DNA from: a candidate division TA06 bacterium SM23_40
Lineage (GTDB): Bacteria; LJUI01; SM1-40
DNA length: 54,589 nt
Direction: 5' to 3'
Assembly (NCBI GenBank): GCA_001303705.1
Contig: LJUI01000008.1
Span: forward strand, 1-54,589
A program made the translations under genes and the position numbers. Position 1 is the first letter of the stretch. Each line of letters opens with the position of its first letter. Positions 43,683-54,589 of the stretch are shown here, piece after piece. Below the pieces are notes generated by a model. It made no database searches. It was not told the DNA's origin and saw only the letters and a list, made by a program, of their open reading frames with translations.

Positions 43683-43722
43683 GCGTGGAACCTAGTCCTC
43701 CGGGGAGACGATACCATGCCCC

Positions 43723-45042
43723 CTACCGTCTACCTCTGATGCGACCCTTTCTGAGGAACCCCTCATAGTGGCGCATCAGCAGGTGTGATTCGATCTGCTG
43801 AACGGTGTCGAGGGCAACGCCGACAATGATCAACAGTGCCGTTCCCCCAAAATAGAAAGGCACATGGACCGATTTCGCCAGCCAGAAGGGAAGTATCGCG
43901 ACAAATGCCAGAAAGATCGCCCCTGGCAGCGTGATCCGCGTCAGAACCCGGTCTATGTACTCGGCGGTGCGAGCTCCCGGACGGATCCCGGGTATGAAAC
44001 CGCCGTACTTCTTCATGTTGTCCGCCAGATCGACCGGGTTGAAAACGATCGCGGTATAGAAGTACGTGAAGAATACGATGAGCGCAGCGTAGACGATCGA
44101 GTAAAGGAGCGCGCCGGGATCGAACCACGCGGCGATCGCCTGGGCAGTCTCGCTCTTCGAGAAGAATGTCGAGATCGTGCCGGGGAACATCATTATCGAC
44201 TGGGCGAAGATAATGGGAATCACACCAGCAGTATTGATCCGGAGCGGAATATGTGTGCTCTGCCCCCCGTACATTCTCCTGCCGATCACCCGTTTGGCAT
44301 ACTGCACCGGTATCCTTCTCTGCCCCTGGGTCATCAACACCACGGCTGCGGTGACCGCAACCATCAGAGCTGCCACAAAGACCATCGCGATCGGGCCCAG
44401 CATCCCAACCCGGACGAGATTGAACGTATTCAGGACATCACTGGGCACACTATCGAGGACACCTACGAAGATTATCAGAGATATTCCGTTCCCTATTCCC
44501 CGGTCAGATATCTGTTCCCCAAGCCACATGATGAAGATAGTACCGGAGGTTAGGGTGATCATCGTCAGGAGGCGGAACGGAATCCCTGGATTCGGCACGA
44601 TCGGGAGGATCGTACCACCGGGAGATGCCGACAGCCCTTCGAGAAATATCGAAATGCCATATGACTGGATGAGTGACAGGAGGACCGTACCGTATCGGGT
44701 GTACTGCGTAATCTTCTTCCGTCCCTCTTCCCCCTCTTTCTGGATGCGCTCGAGGTACGGCACGACAGGCGTCAGGAGCTGCATGATGATCGACGCACTG
44801 ATATAGGGCATGATCCCGAGGGCGAAGATGGTGGCACGTCGGAGTGCCCCACCAACAAACATGTCGTACAGCCCGAAGAGCGTGCCGCGCGCTTGCGCCA
44901 GGTACGCCCCCAGGGCAGATGCGTCGATGCCCGGCGATGGCACATGCGCCCCAAGGCGATAGACAATCAGCAGGGCGAGAGTGAACAGGATGCGACGCCT
45001 CAGCTCTGGTATCTTGAAGATGTTCTGAAAGGTTTGGATCAC
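43723..45042 (-). CDS. secY: preprotein translocase subunit SecY
   Basis: FALGIMPYISASII, GIGNGISLIIF, AGVIPIIFA, FIPGIRPG; GTG overlaps the rplO stop. Confidence 0.98.
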   Translation of the reverse strand: MIQTFQNIFKIPELRRRILFTLALLIVYRLGAHVPSPGIDASALGAYLAQARGTLFGLYDMFVGGALRRATIFALGIMPYISASIIMQLLTPVVPYLERIQKEGEEGRKKITQYTRYGTVLLSLIQSYGISIFLEGLSASPGGTILPIVPNPGIPFRLLTMITLTSGTIFIMWLGEQISDRGIGNGISLIIFVGVLDSVPSDVLNTFNLVRVGMLGPIAMVFVAALMVAVTAAVVLMTQGQRRIPVQYAKRVIGRRMYGGQSTHIPLRINTAGVIPIIFAQSIMMFPGTISTFFSKSETAQAIAAWFDPGALLYSIVYAALIVFFTYFYTAIVFNPVDLADNMKKYGGFIPGIRPGARTAEYIDRVLTRITLPGAIFLAFVAILPFWLAKSVHVPFYFGGTALLIIVGVALDTVQQIESHLLMRHYEGFLRKGRIRGRR

Positions 45043-45485
45043 AGCTCGATGACCTCTGCCTTTCCGCCTAGAGCCTCGATCTTCTCCCTGGCACTCTTGC
45101 TGAATGCGTTCGCCCGCACAGTAAGGGGAATGCTCAACTCTCCCCGACCCAGGACCTTCACCGGACCGCCGCGTCGGCGAACGAGCCGACGTTCGCACAT
45201 CAGGTCGAAATCGATCGTCGCCGAGGCATCGAATCGCGCAAGATCGCCCACGTTGACGACCTGGAATTCCCGTCTATGAGGATTCACGAATCCGCGCTTG
45301 GGTACTCTCCGCTGCAGCGGCATCTGTCCACCTTCAAACCACGGGTGACTCCGGCCGCCGGAGCGGGAGAGTTGCCCTTTCGTGCCACGTCCCGATGTCT
45401 TGCCCAGCGTGGATCCTGGACCCCGCCCAACCCGCTTGCGCTTGGTCCTGGACCCCGGTGGGGGGTGGAGCCTCGACAGCCTCAC
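45039..45485 (-). CDS. rplO: 50S ribosomal protein L15
   Basis: RVGRG.GS..GKTSGRG.KGQ, FEGGQMPL.RR.PKRGF. Confidence 0.98.
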   Translation of the reverse strand: MRLSRLHPPPGSRTKRKRVGRGPGSTLGKTSGRGTKGQLSRSGGRSHPWFEGGQMPLQRRVPKRGFVNPHRREFQVVNVGDLARFDASATIDFDLMCERRLVRRRGGPVKVLGRGELSIPLTVRANAFSKSAREKIEALGGKAEVIEL

Positions 45486-45670
45486 GCTTCCTCAACCTCC
45501 AGTAGGTGCTCTATCTTCTTGATCATTCCCCGAATCGCCGGAGTGTCCTCATGAACGACCGTCTGCTGGAGCTTCGTAATGCCGAGCGCCTTCAACGTTC
45601 GCTTCTGATCGTACCTCCTGCCGATCGCACTCCGTCTCTGGGTAATACGCAACCTGCCGCCTCCGGTCAC
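45482..45670 (-). CDS. rpmD: 50S ribosomal protein L30
   Basis: [25 protein letters not shown]. Confidence 0.95.
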   Translation of the reverse strand: MTGGGRLRITQRRSAIGRRYDQKRTLKALGITKLQQTVVHEDTPAIRGMIKKIEHLLEVEEA

Positions 45671-46176
45671 TTTCGATCACCCTCCGCGCTTCTCGGGGCC
45701 CTCGCCCTCCTGCGAGCGGCCTCCTCCGGACGCCGTAGACGACGCAGGCCCTCCATAGTCGCCTTGACCAGATTGAGTGCGTTGTTCGAACCGAGAGACT
45801 TGGTAAGGATGTCGCGCACTCCCGCGGCCTCCAGCACGGCCCGAACCGCATCACAGGCGATCACACCTGCACCGGGAGCCGCCGGCTTTAACAGAATCAC
45901 GCTCGCACCCACCTTCCCCACCACCTGGTGAGGAATCGCACCGTCGACCACGGCGATCTCGACCATATTTCTACGGGCGTCTTCTGTAGCTTTCCGGATC
46001 GCCTCGGAGACCTCGCCAGCCTTTCCCTGACCAATCCCGACCTGCCCTGCCTCGTTCCCGACTGCCACCACGGCACTGAACTTGAATCTCCGTCCGCCCT
46101 TGACCACCTTGGCGACGCGATTGATGTTCACGACCTTCTCAACCAGTTCTGTCCCGCTGACGTCGGTCTGTCTCAA
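45667..46176 (-). CDS. rpsE: 30S ribosomal protein S5
   Basis: [23 protein letters not shown]. Confidence 0.98.
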   Translation of the reverse strand: MRQTDVSGTELVEKVVNINRVAKVVKGGRRFKFSAVVAVGNEAGQVGIGQGKAGEVSEAIRKATEDARRNMVEIAVVDGAIPHQVVGKVGASVILLKPAAPGAGVIACDAVRAVLEAAGVRDILTKSLGSNNALNLVKATMEGLRRLRRPEEAARRRARAPRSAEGDRK

Positions 46177-46197
46177 ATTACCGCTCCTCCCTCCGCA

Positions 46198-46566
46198 CTA
46201 GAACTCCAATCCGCCCTCTCGAGCGGCCTCAGCAAGCACTTTGACTCGACCATGGTATCGATAGCCACCTCGATCAAAGACGACGTGCTTGATGCCCTTC
46301 TCCAATGCTGCCCTGGCCAGCACCAGGCCGGTCTCCTTGCTCTGGTCCGACTTAGTGCCCGGACTGGAGCCATCGCGCGACCGGCTCCCGAGAGTCGAGG
46401 CGGCACAGAGGGTACGGCCAGCCACATCGTCGATGATCTGCGCATAGATGTGCTTACGGCTTCTGTACACCACCAGCCGCGGACGGTCGGGCGATCCGCT
46501 GATCTTCTTTCTCACTCGACGGTGTCTTCTCGCGACAGCAATCGCCCGCTTACGGCTCTTCTGCAT
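46198..46566 (-). CDS. rplR: 50S ribosomal protein L18
   Basis: [26 protein letters not shown]. Confidence 0.98.
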   Translation of the reverse strand: MQKSRKRAIAVARRHRRVRKKISGSPDRPRLVVYRSRKHIYAQIIDDVAGRTLCAASTLGSRSRDGSSPGTKSDQSKETGLVLARAALEKGIKHVVFDRGGYRYHGRVKVLAEAAREGGLEF

Positions 46567-46646
46567 CAGTCTCGTCCCTCCCGGAACCGGCTCCCCTCGT
46601 CGCCCAGGATCACCTCACCCAACTCCTACACGCACGTTCAGACTAT

Positions 46647-47207
46647 CTAGATACCGGTCTTTCCCGCCTTCCTTCGGACGTATTCGCCCTCGTATCGTAT
46701 ACCTTTTCCCTTGTACGGCTCTGCAGGTCGAATTGAACGGATCTTTGCAGCCACTTCGCCCACCCGCTCCTTATCCGCACCGCGAACGACGATTTTCGTC
46801 GTCAGCTCCTTCTCGACTCCACGGACGGACTCTGCGACGAATTCGATCCCCTCGATATTAGGAATAGTAACGACACTCGAGTAGCCGACGGAGAGCGCCA
46901 GCCCCTCACCAGTCACCTGTGCCCGGTAGCCGATACCCCACACCTCCAGAACCTTCTCAAACCCTCTCGAGACCCCGAGCACCATGTTCGCCACAAGGCT
47001 CCGCGTGAGACCGTGGAGAGAGCGGTGGCCACTGCCGTCGGACGGGCGCTCAACCCGGATCCTGCCCTGTTCCACCATGACCTTCATGCTCGGATGCAGA
47101 GAACGGGTGAGCTTTCCCTTGGGCCCTGTCACTGAGATCGTATGACCCGAGAGATCCACCGTCACTCCATCAGGAATCTCGATGGGCTTGAACCCTACCC
47201 GTGACAT
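46647..47207 (-). CDS. rplF: 50S ribosomal protein L6
   Basis: [27 protein letters not shown] 47207. Confidence 0.97.
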   Translation of the reverse strand: MSRVGFKPIEIPDGVTVDLSGHTISVTGPKGKLTRSLHPSMKVMVEQGRIRVERPSDGSGHRSLHGLTRSLVANMVLGVSRGFEKVLEVWGIGYRAQVTGEGLALSVGYSSVVTIPNIEGIEFVAESVRGVEKELTTKIVVRGADKERVGEVAAKIRSIRPAEPYKGKGIRYEGEYVRRKAGKTGI

Positions 47208-47301
47208 CTCTCCCTCCGTATCGCGCTTGCGACTGCGCCGCGCCAGTCCCGATCCCGCCGCCCCTCCCGCGGTCCGCTGGCAGGTGAGTCGCCAGCTCAC
47301 T

Positions 47302-47700
47302 CTACCAGACCCGGCAGAGCACCTCGCCTCCAATACCCAGCCGACGTGACTGCTGCCCGGTATGAATGCCCTGGGAAGTCGAGAGAATCGAGATCCCGAG
47401 ACCGGCCAAGATCCGAGGGATCTCATTCTTGCCTACGTAGACCCGACAGCCTGGCTTCGAAATCCTCTCGATCCCCGTTATGATGCTTTGCTCTCTCGAA
47501 TCGTAACGCAGCTTGATGCGAATCGTGCCCTTCCCCGCAACGTCCAGGCGCTCGTATCCTTCGATGAAACCCTCGTCGCGGAGGATTCGAGCGATCTCCT
47601 CTTTCATCTTCGACCGTGGAATATCGACGCGTGGGTGTTTAGCACGACAGCCGTTTCGGATCCGTGTCAGCATGTCGGCGATCGGATCGCTCATCGCCAT
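47302..47700 (-). CDS. rpsH: 30S ribosomal protein S8
   Basis: [28 protein letters not shown]. Confidence 0.98.
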   Translation of the reverse strand: MAMSDPIADMLTRIRNGCRAKHPRVDIPRSKMKEEIARILRDEGFIEGYERLDVAGKGTIRIKLRYDSREQSIITGIERISKPGCRVYVGKNEIPRILAGLGISILSTSQGIHTGQQSRRLGIGGEVLCRVW

Positions 47701-47777
47701 CTTTGTTCCTCCAGATATACTGTCCAACGCGAAATCATCGCCACACGGACAATAGCCTCCCGGCGAAGCCGAGGGCT

Positions 47778-47963
47778 CTACCAGCTTGCCTTCCGCACAC
47801 CCGGTATCTCACCCTTCAGCGAGAGTTCCCGGAAGCATATTCTGCACAAGCCGAATCGACGAATGTAAGCACGCGGCCGCCCACATCTCCGGCACCGGTT
47901 ATAGCTCCGTACCCCGAACTTCGGAGGTCTCTTTGCCTTCTGGATCAACGACTTCTTTGCCAT
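47778..47963 (-). CDS. rpsN: 30S ribosomal protein S14 (type Z, Zn-binding)
   Basis: [21 protein letters not shown]. Confidence 0.97.
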   Translation of the reverse strand: MAKKSLIQKAKRPPKFGVRSYNRCRRCGRPRAYIRRFGLCRICFRELSLKGEIPGVRKASW

Positions 47964-47993
47964 ACCCTCCTCTCTTCTCACCCCGACGAGGCA

Positions 47994-48542
47994 TTACCGC
48001 GATGCCCCGCGAAATGGCATACCCATTCCGCGAAGGAGTTCGAACGCCTCGTCATCACTCGCTGCGGTCGTCACTATGGTGATATTCATGCCCATTATTC
48101 GCTGAACCTTGTCATAGTCGATCTCGGGGAAGATGATCTGCTCCGTAATACCCATCGAGTAGTTGCCGCGCCCGTCGAAACTATCCGCCGAAAGTCCTCG
48201 GAAGTCCCTTACCCGCGGAATCGCCACGTTAATCAGACGATCGATGAACTCGTACATCATCGCGCTTCTGAGAGTCACGCGGCAACCTATCGGGGTCCCG
48301 GCGCGAAGCTTGAAGTTGGAGATCGAGCGCCGCGCCTTGGTGATGGCCGGCCGCTGGCCGGCGATGGTGGCGATGTCCTGCATTATCGCCTCGAGCAGTT
48401 TGGGTTCCTGGATCGCCTCACCCACTCCCGCATTGACGACGACCTTCTCGAGCCTCGGCACTTGCAGACGGTTCTTATAATTGAACCTCTTCATCAAGGC
48501 GGGTACGACATTCTGCTGGTAGTGCTCTAGCATTCTAGGCAT
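47994..48542 (-). CDS. rplE: 50S ribosomal protein L5
   Basis: [33 protein letters not shown]. Confidence 0.98.
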   Translation of the reverse strand: MPRMLEHYQQNVVPALMKRFNYKNRLQVPRLEKVVVNAGVGEAIQEPKLLEAIMQDIATIAGQRPAITKARRSISNFKLRAGTPIGCRVTLRSAMMYEFIDRLINVAIPRVRDFRGLSADSFDGRGNYSMGITEQIIFPEIDYDKVQRIMGMNITIVTTAASDDEAFELLRGMGMPFRGASR

Positions 48543-48557
48543 GCTCGACCGCCCTCA

Positions 48558-48878
48558 TCAACGTTCCATCGTTTCCCTGCACCGCTTACATACTCTGACC
48601 CGCGATCCATCGGCCAACTGCTGGATGCCTGTCCGCGTAGGCTTGCCACACTTGGGGCAGACGACCATAAGGTTGGAGAGATGGACCGGACCCTCTTTCT
48701 CGACGATACCTCCCTGGGCACTGCGGCGGGTTGGCCTCGTATGCCGCTTAACGAAGTTGATGCCCTCAACGATGGCTCGATTCTTGTTCGGGAAGATCTT
48801 CAGTACCTTCCCCCTCTTGCCTCTGTCGTCGCCGGAGACGACGACCACCGTGTCATTCTTCACGATATGCCTGGGCAT
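48558..48878 (-). CDS. rplX: 50S ribosomal protein L24
   Basis: KOW motif, VEGIN..KRH, EGPVHLSN. Confidence 0.97.
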   Translation of the reverse strand: MPRHIVKNDTVVVVSGDDRGKRGKVLKIFPNKNRAIVEGINFVKRHTRPTRRSAQGGIVEKEGPVHLSNLMVVCPKCGKPTRTGIQQLADGSRVRVCKRCRETMER

Positions 48879-48880
48879 AG

Positions 48881-49249
48881 CTACACAACCTCTGCTGCCA
48901 GGGAGACTATTTTCATGAACTGACGCTCACGCAATTCACGGGCCACCGGTCCGAAAATCCTTGTCCCCTTCGGTTCTCGCTGTTCGTCGATCAGCACTGC
49001 GGCGTTCTCGTCGAACCGAATGTATGATCCATCGCGCCGTCGGTACTCGCGCTTCGTCCTCACGACCACCGCCCTCGCGATGTCCCCTTTCTTGATCGTG
49101 CTCCCGGGCAGAGCATCCTTTATGGCAACCACGACTATGTCGCCAATCTTGCCATAGCGACGACGCGAACCTCCCAGAACCTTGATGCACATCGCTTCCT
49201 TCGCACCGGAATTGTCGGCTATGTTCAGTCGTGTGTATTCCTGGATCAT
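48881..49249 (-). CDS. rplN: 50S ribosomal protein L14
   Basis: [19 protein letters not shown]. Confidence 0.98.
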   Translation of the reverse strand: MIQEYTRLNIADNSGAKEAMCIKVLGGSRRRYGKIGDIVVVAIKDALPGSTIKKGDIARAVVVRTKREYRRRDGSYIRFDENAAVLIDEQREPKGTRIFGPVARELRERQFMKIVSLAAEVV

Positions 49250-49322
49250 CGGTGTTCTCTCAAGATACTCTTACGAGAAGTCGCACATACCTCGGCGACT
49301 GAGAATCAACAGGCCTGGACGA

Positions 49323-49586
49323 TCAGATCTCCGGGGCGCGAGTAACGATTTCGACCAGCCTCCACCGCTTCGTCTTGCTCAAGGGTCTGGTCTCCATTAT
49401 TCGCACAATATCGCCTATCCGGCACTGATTATCCTCATCGTGAGCCACCATCTTCGATGTTCTTCGAACGACCCGCTTGTACATGGGGTGGCGCACCAAC
49501 CGATCGACCGCAACCACGATCGTCCTATCCATCTTGTTGCTGACTACTTTACCGATTCGCACTTTCCGTCTACTTCGCTCGGCCAT
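49323..49586 (-). CDS. rpsQ: 30S ribosomal protein S17
   Basis: [25 protein letters not shown]. Confidence 0.98.
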   Translation of the reverse strand: MAERSRRKVRIGKVVSNKMDRTIVVAVDRLVRHPMYKRVVRRTSKMVAHDEDNQCRIGDIVRIMETRPLSKTKRWRLVEIVTRAPEI

Positions 49587-49642
49587 TGGCAGATAACGCC
49601 TCCTTCACTCCGTGGCAGCCTCGATCGACCGCCAGAAGATGC

Positions 49643-49837
49643 TCACGCTCCGATTTCCCCGCCTCCCAGTATCGTACGTATCCTCGCGATCTCGCGGCGG
49701 ACTGTGCGGATCCTCAGTGGGTTTGTCAATTCCTGAGACACGTGGCGCAGGCGAAGGTTGAATAGCTCTTCTTCGAGGTCGTGCAACCTTGTCTCGAGCT
49801 CCGTCCTGGTCATCTGCCGAAGTTCCCTCGCCCTCAT
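49643..49837 (-). CDS. rpmC: 50S ribosomal protein L29
   Basis: [18 protein letters not shown] 49837 after GGAGG. Confidence 0.96.
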   Translation of the reverse strand: MRARELRQMTRTELETRLHDLEEELFNLRLRHVSQELTNPLRIRTVRREIARIRTILGGGEIGA

Positions 49838-49838
49838 A

Positions 49839-50264
49839 TCAACCTCCAGCGAGTACCTCATCACGAACGAGGAATCGTGTCTTGATCGGGAGCTTGGCGG
49901 CGGCCAGGGTCAACGCGCGCTTCGCTCTCTCCCGCGTCACCCCCTCCAGCTCGATGAGGATCCTTCCCGGCTTGACTACCGCCACCCAGTACTCCGGCGC
50001 ACCCTTGCCCTTCCCCATGCGCGTCTCCGCTGGCTTGGCAGTCACTGGTTTGTCAGGAAACACCCTGATCCACATCTTCCCGCCTCGCTTCAGGTACCTC
50101 GTTGTCGCCACGCGGGCGGCCTCGATCTGGCGACTCGTGATCCATGCGGGCTCGACTGCTTGGAGCGCGAATTCTCCGAATGCGATGGTCGAACCCCGTG
50201 TCGCCACACCCCGACGTCTGCCGCGATGCTGTTTCCGGTACTTCACCCGCTTCGGCATGAACAT
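49839..50264 (-). CDS. rplP: 50S ribosomal protein L16
   Basis: [24 protein letters not shown]. Confidence 0.98.
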   Translation of the reverse strand: MFMPKRVKYRKQHRGRRRGVATRGSTIAFGEFALQAVEPAWITSRQIEAARVATTRYLKRGGKMWIRVFPDKPVTAKPAETRMGKGKGAPEYWVAVVKPGRILIELEGVTRERAKRALTLAAAKLPIKTRFLVRDEVLAGG

Positions 50265-50268
50265 CGCG

Positions 50269-50931
50269 TTATCCCTCCTGCCCCGTCGCGGAAGCCTCGG
50301 CCCGCTTGCTCAGTACCTCGCCCTTGAAGATCCAGACCTTGACACCGATGCATCCGTAGGTCGTGCGCGCCAATGCGGTGGCATACTCAACATCAGCACG
50401 TATCGTTTGGAGTGGGACCCTACCTTCCCGGTACCCCTCTCTCCTCGCGATCTCAGCGCCTGCCAGCCGTCCCGCACAAGAGACCTTGATCCCCTGAGCG
50501 CCCATCCTCATCGCCGACACCACTGCGCGCTTCATGGCTCTCCGATAGGAGACACGCTGCTCGAGCTGCCGCGCGATGCTCTGCGCAACCAACTCGGCGT
50601 CGACCTCAGGAGTCTTTACCTCCTCTATGTTGATGAATACATCTTTCCCTGTGATGTGCTTCAGCTCGTCACGCAGCCGATCGACCTCGACCCCTTTCCT
50701 GCCGATCACTACCCCGGGACGAGCCGTCTTGATCGTGACAGTCACGCGCTTCACGGCACGCTCGATCTCGATCTTGGAGACGGCGGCCCGCGACAGACGC
50801 TCCCGGAGATACCGGCGGATCATGAGATCCTCTTCAAGCAGGTCGGCATATGATCGCTTCGTGAACCACCGGGAATCCCAATCTCTGATGACGCCAAGAC
50901 GAAAGCCGGTCGGATGCGTCTTCTGTCCCAA
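50269..50931 (-). CDS. rpsC: 30S ribosomal protein S3
   Basis: TTG-start MGQKTHP.GFRLG, RPGVVIG, GRL.GAEIAR. Confidence 0.98.
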   Translation of the reverse strand: MGQKTHPTGFRLGVIRDWDSRWFTKRSYADLLEEDLMIRRYLRERLSRAAVSKIEIERAVKRVTVTIKTARPGVVIGRKGVEVDRLRDELKHITGKDVFINIEEVKTPEVDAELVAQSIARQLEQRVSYRRAMKRAVVSAMRMGAQGIKVSCAGRLAGAEIARREGYREGRVPLQTIRADVEYATALARTTYGCIGVKVWIFKGEVLSKRAEASATGQEG

Positions 50932-51014
50932 ATCCGTGCCTCCCTTCAACAATAGACATGAGCGCCGTCTGCACCCGGTCTGGTGAGCCAGCCTCCAGTC
51001 GGCGCGAGAGAGCG

Positions 51015-51377
51015 CTACGACTCCTCCCCCTCCCCCTCCTGCTCGGAGACGACAACAGTAATGTGGCTCGTCCGCTTCCTGATGAGATTAGCTCTCCCCA
51101 TTGCCCGGGCCCGCCAGCGCTTCATGGTAGCTCCGCCGTCCACCCGGATCTCCTTAATCCACAGCTGGTCTGGATCGATGCGCCGCCCCTCGGTGTTGTG
51201 CACGGCATTCGCTACGGCCGACCGAATAGTCTTCTCGACAGGAACGGCAGCCCGCTTGGGAAGGAACTTGAGCAGCTGAAGTGCCTCTCCGACGCCCTTT
51301 CCCCGCACGAGATCGATCACTCGACCTATCTTTCGAGGAGAGAGCCGCACGTATCTCGCTCGTGCCCGTGCCTCCAT
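51015..51377 (-). CDS. rplV: 50S ribosomal protein L22
   Basis: [24 protein letters not shown]. Confidence 0.98.
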   Translation of the reverse strand: MEARARARYVRLSPRKIGRVIDLVRGKGVGEALQLLKFLPKRAAVPVEKTIRSAVANAVHNTEGRRIDPDQLWIKEIRVDGGATMKRWRARAMGRANLIRKRTSHITVVVSEQEGEGEES

Positions 51378-51388
51378 TGTCGCTCCCT

Positions 51389-51679
51389 CTATTTCTTCAG
51401 AGTCGTCGCTCTCTCTTTCCTCATCTGTCCGTGGCCGCGAAACGTCCTCGTCGGCGCGAACTCACCCAGCCGGTGGCCTACCATGTTCTCCGTGACATAT
51501 ATCGGGATGAACTTGTTGCCGTTGTGGACAGCCAACGTATACCCGACAAAATCGGGCGGGATCGTCGACCGTCTGGCCCAGGTTTTGATGACCCTCTTCT
51601 CGCCGCTTCGAGACAGCGCAGCTATCTTCTTCGCGAGCTTCGGATCGACATAGGGTCCCTTCTTGACCGATCGACCCAT
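51389..51679 (-). CDS. rpsS: 30S ribosomal protein S19
   Basis: [23 protein letters not shown]. Confidence 0.98.
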   Translation of the reverse strand: MGRSVKKGPYVDPKLAKKIAALSRSGEKRVIKTWARRSTIPPDFVGYTLAVHNGNKFIPIYVTENMVGHRLGEFAPTRTFRGHGQMRKERATTLKK

Positions 51680-51718
51680 GCACCTTCCTCCTTGGCATCT
51701 CGATGCTGCTCAGGTCCG

Positions 51719-52540
51719 CTATTTCCTTCGCCGCACGATATACTTATCGGAGAGCTTCTTTCCTCTCGTCTTGTATCCTTTGGTCGGGCGTCCCCAGGGC
51801 GTACATGGATGCCTGCCCCCGGAGCTCCGGCCCTCTCCCCCTCCCATCGGATGATCGTGAGGATTAGTGGCCACTCCTCTTACGCGAGGCCGCCGCCCCA
51901 GCCACCTCGAGCGACCGGCCTTGCCCGCCACGATGCTTTCATGATCGACGTTGCCGACCTGTCCGATCGTCGCGAGGCAGTCGAGATGAATGAGCCGGAC
52001 TTCGCCTGACGGCAACCGCACATGACCGAATCCTCCCTCCCGGGCGACAAGCTGGGCAGCAGTACCGGCTCCCCTCACGAGCTGTCCACCCTTGCCCTTC
52101 TTCAGCTCGATATTGTGAATATCCGTCCCGAGAGGGATCTCTCGGAGGGGAATGGCATTTCCCACCCTGATGTCCGCCCCAGACCCCGAAGCGACAGTGT
52201 CTCCCACGCGGAGCCCTTCCGCGGCGAGAATGTAGCGCTTCTCCCCATCCCGATAATGAAGCAGTGCGATTCGCGCGCCGCGATTCGGATCGTACTCGAG
52301 CGACGCGACGCGGCCGGGAACGCCGATCTTGTCCCGCTTGAAGTCGATGACCCGATAGCGCCTCTTGTGCCCGCCACCCCGATGCCGAGCCGTGACCCGT
52401 CCGCCCATGTTGCGGCCGCCGCTGCTCTTCAGGGGTCGTAGCAAAGACTTCTCGGGTTTCGAACGGGTGATCTCCTCAAATGTGGAGACGGTCCGGTACC
52501 TCGATGAAGGGGTGCGCGGTTTGAACTTCTTGACTGCCAT
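51719..52540 (-). CDS. rplB: 50S ribosomal protein L2
   Basis: [32 protein letters not shown] 52540. Confidence 0.98.
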   Translation of the reverse strand: MAVKKFKPRTPSSRYRTVSTFEEITRSKPEKSLLRPLKSSGGRNMGGRVTARHRGGGHKRRYRVIDFKRDKIGVPGRVASLEYDPNRGARIALLHYRDGEKRYILAAEGLRVGDTVASGSGADIRVGNAIPLREIPLGTDIHNIELKKGKGGQLVRGAGTAAQLVAREGGFGHVRLPSGEVRLIHLDCLATIGQVGNVDHESIVAGKAGRSRWLGRRPRVRGVATNPHDHPMGGGEGRSSGGRHPCTPWGRPTKGYKTRGKKLSDKYIVRRRK

Positions 52541-52568
52541 CGACCTGCTCCTTCGTTCCAGGACGGCG

Positions 52569-52859
52569 TTATGCGCCCTCGAAGATATCGATCTTATCAC
52601 CTTCCCTGAGCGTGACGATCGCCTTCTTCCACTTGGACCGTCTACCCTGGAAGACACCCATGCGTTTTAGCTTTCCCTTCCTCACCTGCGTACGGACATC
52701 AACGACCTGCACGCTGAATGCCGACTCCACTGCATGCTTTATGTCGATCTTATTTGCGTCCAGTGCGACTCGAAACACATATTTGTTCTGCCGCTCATAG
52801 AGCTGCGTCGCCTTCTCCGTGAGGAGCGGATGAACCAGAACCGAACGAGCACTCTTCAC
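52569..52859 (-). CDS. rplW: 50S ribosomal protein L23
   Basis: [28 protein letters not shown] overlaps the rplD stop. Confidence 0.97.
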   Translation of the reverse strand: MKSARSVLVHPLLTEKATQLYERQNKYVFRVALDANKIDIKHAVESAFSVQVVDVRTQVRKGKLKRMGVFQGRRSKWKKAIVTLREGDKIDIFEGA

Positions 52860-53485
52860 GAGGTCAACACCTCCTCTAGCTGGGAAAGGCACGCCTGCTC
52901 CATGATGATCACATCCGCCCGCAGTACGTCCCAGACGCTCACATTCCGACCTACTTTCGTCGCCGCCCTGGGGATGTTCCTCATCGAAAGCAGCACGTTT
53001 CGGTTCTTCTCCTTGAGGAGCACGAGACAGAAGTCGGTACGTCCGACGAAGTTGTCGAGTCTCTTTCTCATCTCCTTCGTCGCGGCACGCTCCGCGGTCC
53101 ACTCATCTACGACGATGATCTTCCCGGCCTTCGCCTTCTCGCTCAGAGCGGTACTCAAAGCAAGATGCTGCTTCTTACGGGGCATCGAATATCGGTAATC
53201 GCGGGGTGTGGGCCCGAACGCCCTCCCTCCCCCAACCCACAGAGGAGAGCTCCTCGTTCCATGCCGCGCTCTACCGGTTCCCTTCTGCCTCCAGGGCTTC
53301 CTCCCGCCTCCTCTTACGGCTGACCGGTTCTTTGTGGAAGCGGTGCCACGACGCCGATTCGCCTGGATCATGCAGACGGCCTCGAAGACGGCGCCATCAT
53401 GAGCGGGCACATCGAATATCGCCGACGGGGCCTCCACGGTGCCGAGAACCTTACCATCCAATGAATACCGATTAAGTACACTCAT
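52856..53485 (-). CDS. rplD: 50S ribosomal protein L4
   Basis: GGGRKPWRQKGTGRAR.G, GGG.AFGP.PR. Confidence 0.98.
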   Translation of the reverse strand: MSVLNRYSLDGKVLGTVEAPSAIFDVPAHDGAVFEAVCMIQANRRRGTASTKNRSAVRGGGRKPWRQKGTGRARHGTRSSPLWVGGGRAFGPTPRDYRYSMPRKKQHLALSTALSEKAKAGKIIVVDEWTAERAATKEMRKRLDNFVGRTDFCLVLLKEKNRNVLLSMRNIPRAATKVGRNVSVWDVLRADVIIMEQACLSQLEEVLTS

Positions 53486-53501
53486 CAGATCGCCTTTCCC
53501 T

Positions 53502-54143
53502 TCACGACCCGCTCTTCCGACCGGCACCGGCTCGCCTCTTACGTATCAACAGATATCCGTTCCTCGCGCCCGGAACGGCACCCTTGACGAGAAGAAGATT
53601 CTGGTCTGGCACGACCTCCACGACCCGCAGGTTGCGGACGGTCCGACGCCTGTTGCCCACTCGCCCCGGCAGGCCCTTCCCCTTCCAGACCCGCCCCGGA
53701 TTCGTGCCCGAACCAATCGATCCCGGGACAGCGTGAGACATCGAACCGTGGGACTTCGGCCCTCCTGAATACCCGTGCTTCTTGACCACGCCTGTGAACC
53801 CCTTACCCTTCGACCATCCGGTCACATCGATGACGTCGCCGGGAGCGAATTCCTCAACGGTCACAGCCTGGCCGAGTTCATAGGATTCCGGATCATCGAC
53901 GCGGAATTCGACCAGCCGACGGCAGGGATCGACACCAGCCTTAGCGCAGTGTCCAGTGAGGGGTTTCGATGCCCGTTTCTTGGCACCCGCGCCGAGCTGA
54001 ATGGCGTTGTACCCATCACGGGACAGCGTCTTCTGCTGCACCACCCTGCACGACTCTGCCCTGATTACCGTGACCGGCACGACCGTCCCCGCCTCGTCGA
54101 AGACGGCCACCATACCCATCTTCCTGCCTATGATGCCCAGCAT
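53502..54143 (-). CDS. rplC: 50S ribosomal protein L3
   Basis: GRKMGM, DGYNAIQ, SKGKGF.G, VKGAVPG. Confidence 0.98.
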   Translation of the reverse strand: MLGIIGRKMGMVAVFDEAGTVVPVTVIRAESCRVVQQKTLSRDGYNAIQLGAGAKKRASKPLTGHCAKAGVDPCRRLVEFRVDDPESYELGQAVTVEEFAPGDVIDVTGWSKGKGFTGVVKKHGYSGGPKSHGSMSHAVPGSIGSGTNPGRVWKGKGLPGRVGNRRRTVRNLRVVEVVPDQNLLLVKGAVPGARNGYLLIRKRRAGAGRKSGS

Positions 54144-54154
54144 CTCCCGTTCCT

Positions 54155-54463
54155 CTACAGCTTGATCTCGACGTCCACGCCCGCCGGCAGATCGAGCCTC
54201 TTCAGTGCATCGATCGTCTGCGCCGTGCTGTCCTTGATGTCGATCAGCCGCTTGTGGATCCGGATCTCAAACTGCTCGCGCGACTTCTTGTCCACATGCG
54301 GCGACCTGAGGACAGTGTAAACGGTCCTTTCTGTCGGCAATGGTATTGGTCCAGATACCTTAGCGCCTGTGCGCTTGGCGGTACGCACGATCTCACTCGC
54401 CGACTGGTCGAGTATCGCGTGATCGTACGCCTCCAGCCGGATGCGAATCTTGTCTCCTACCAA
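54155..54463 (-). CDS. rpsJ: 30S ribosomal protein S10
   Basis: [34 protein letters not shown] start after GGAGGG. Confidence 0.97.
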   Translation of the reverse strand: MVGDKIRIRLEAYDHAILDQSASEIVRTAKRTGAKVSGPIPLPTERTVYTVLRSPHVDKKSREQFEIRIHKRLIDIKDSTAQTIDALKRLDLPAGVDVEIKL

Positions 54464-54589
54464 GGTACCCTCCCGCACTGGGCTCCTATTCGATGATCTT
54501 GGCGACGACTCCCGCCCCGACCGTCCGGCCGCCCTCTCGTATCGCAAACCGTAGCTGCTCCTCACATGCTATCGGCGTTATCAAACTCA

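Noticed and set aside
38889..54463. Rearrangement or gene loss in the S10-spc-alpha cluster
   Set aside because: Gene order is canonical and complete once rpmJ is added manually.

Overview
High-GC bacterial chromosomal segment, almost entirely housekeeping genes on the minus strand. Read in transcription order (right to left): the complete, canonically ordered S10-spc-alpha ribosomal cluster (rpsJ to rplQ, with secY, adk, map, infA, rpmJ, rpoA); an MscS-cNMP channel; a long secA; nfeD-SPFH; tRNA-Ala(GGC); a TPR lipoprotein; a DUF4845-like protein; an HNH nuclease; an uncharacterised membrane protein; ligA-pcm-mutM-(TIM-barrel hydrolase-like)-uvrB-nadC-birA-coaX-tsaE-tsaB-rimI-accD-(sugar ABC ATPase)-lptD; HU, maf, mtnA; rplM-rpsI; t44 leader-rpsB-tsf-pyrH-frr; uppS-cdsA-dxr-rseP (partial). 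The expanded SecA and the LptD type suggest a diderm, probably FCB-superphylum, lineage (inference). The only plus-strand genes form a three-gene DUF2089/SHOCT-like operon, divergent from nfeD-SPFH and preceded by an orphan IS1202-like transposon end with 4-5 tandem ~25-bp repeats. No CRISPR array, integrase, transposase or recognisable defence system is visible. Best leads: the DUF2089/SHOCT module with phased operator-like sites, a Pcm with a lipoprotein signal, an internally deleted TsaB, SecA insertions, and a DE-motif TIM-barrel protein inside a repair cluster. All family calls come from reading motifs by eye; no database search was run.
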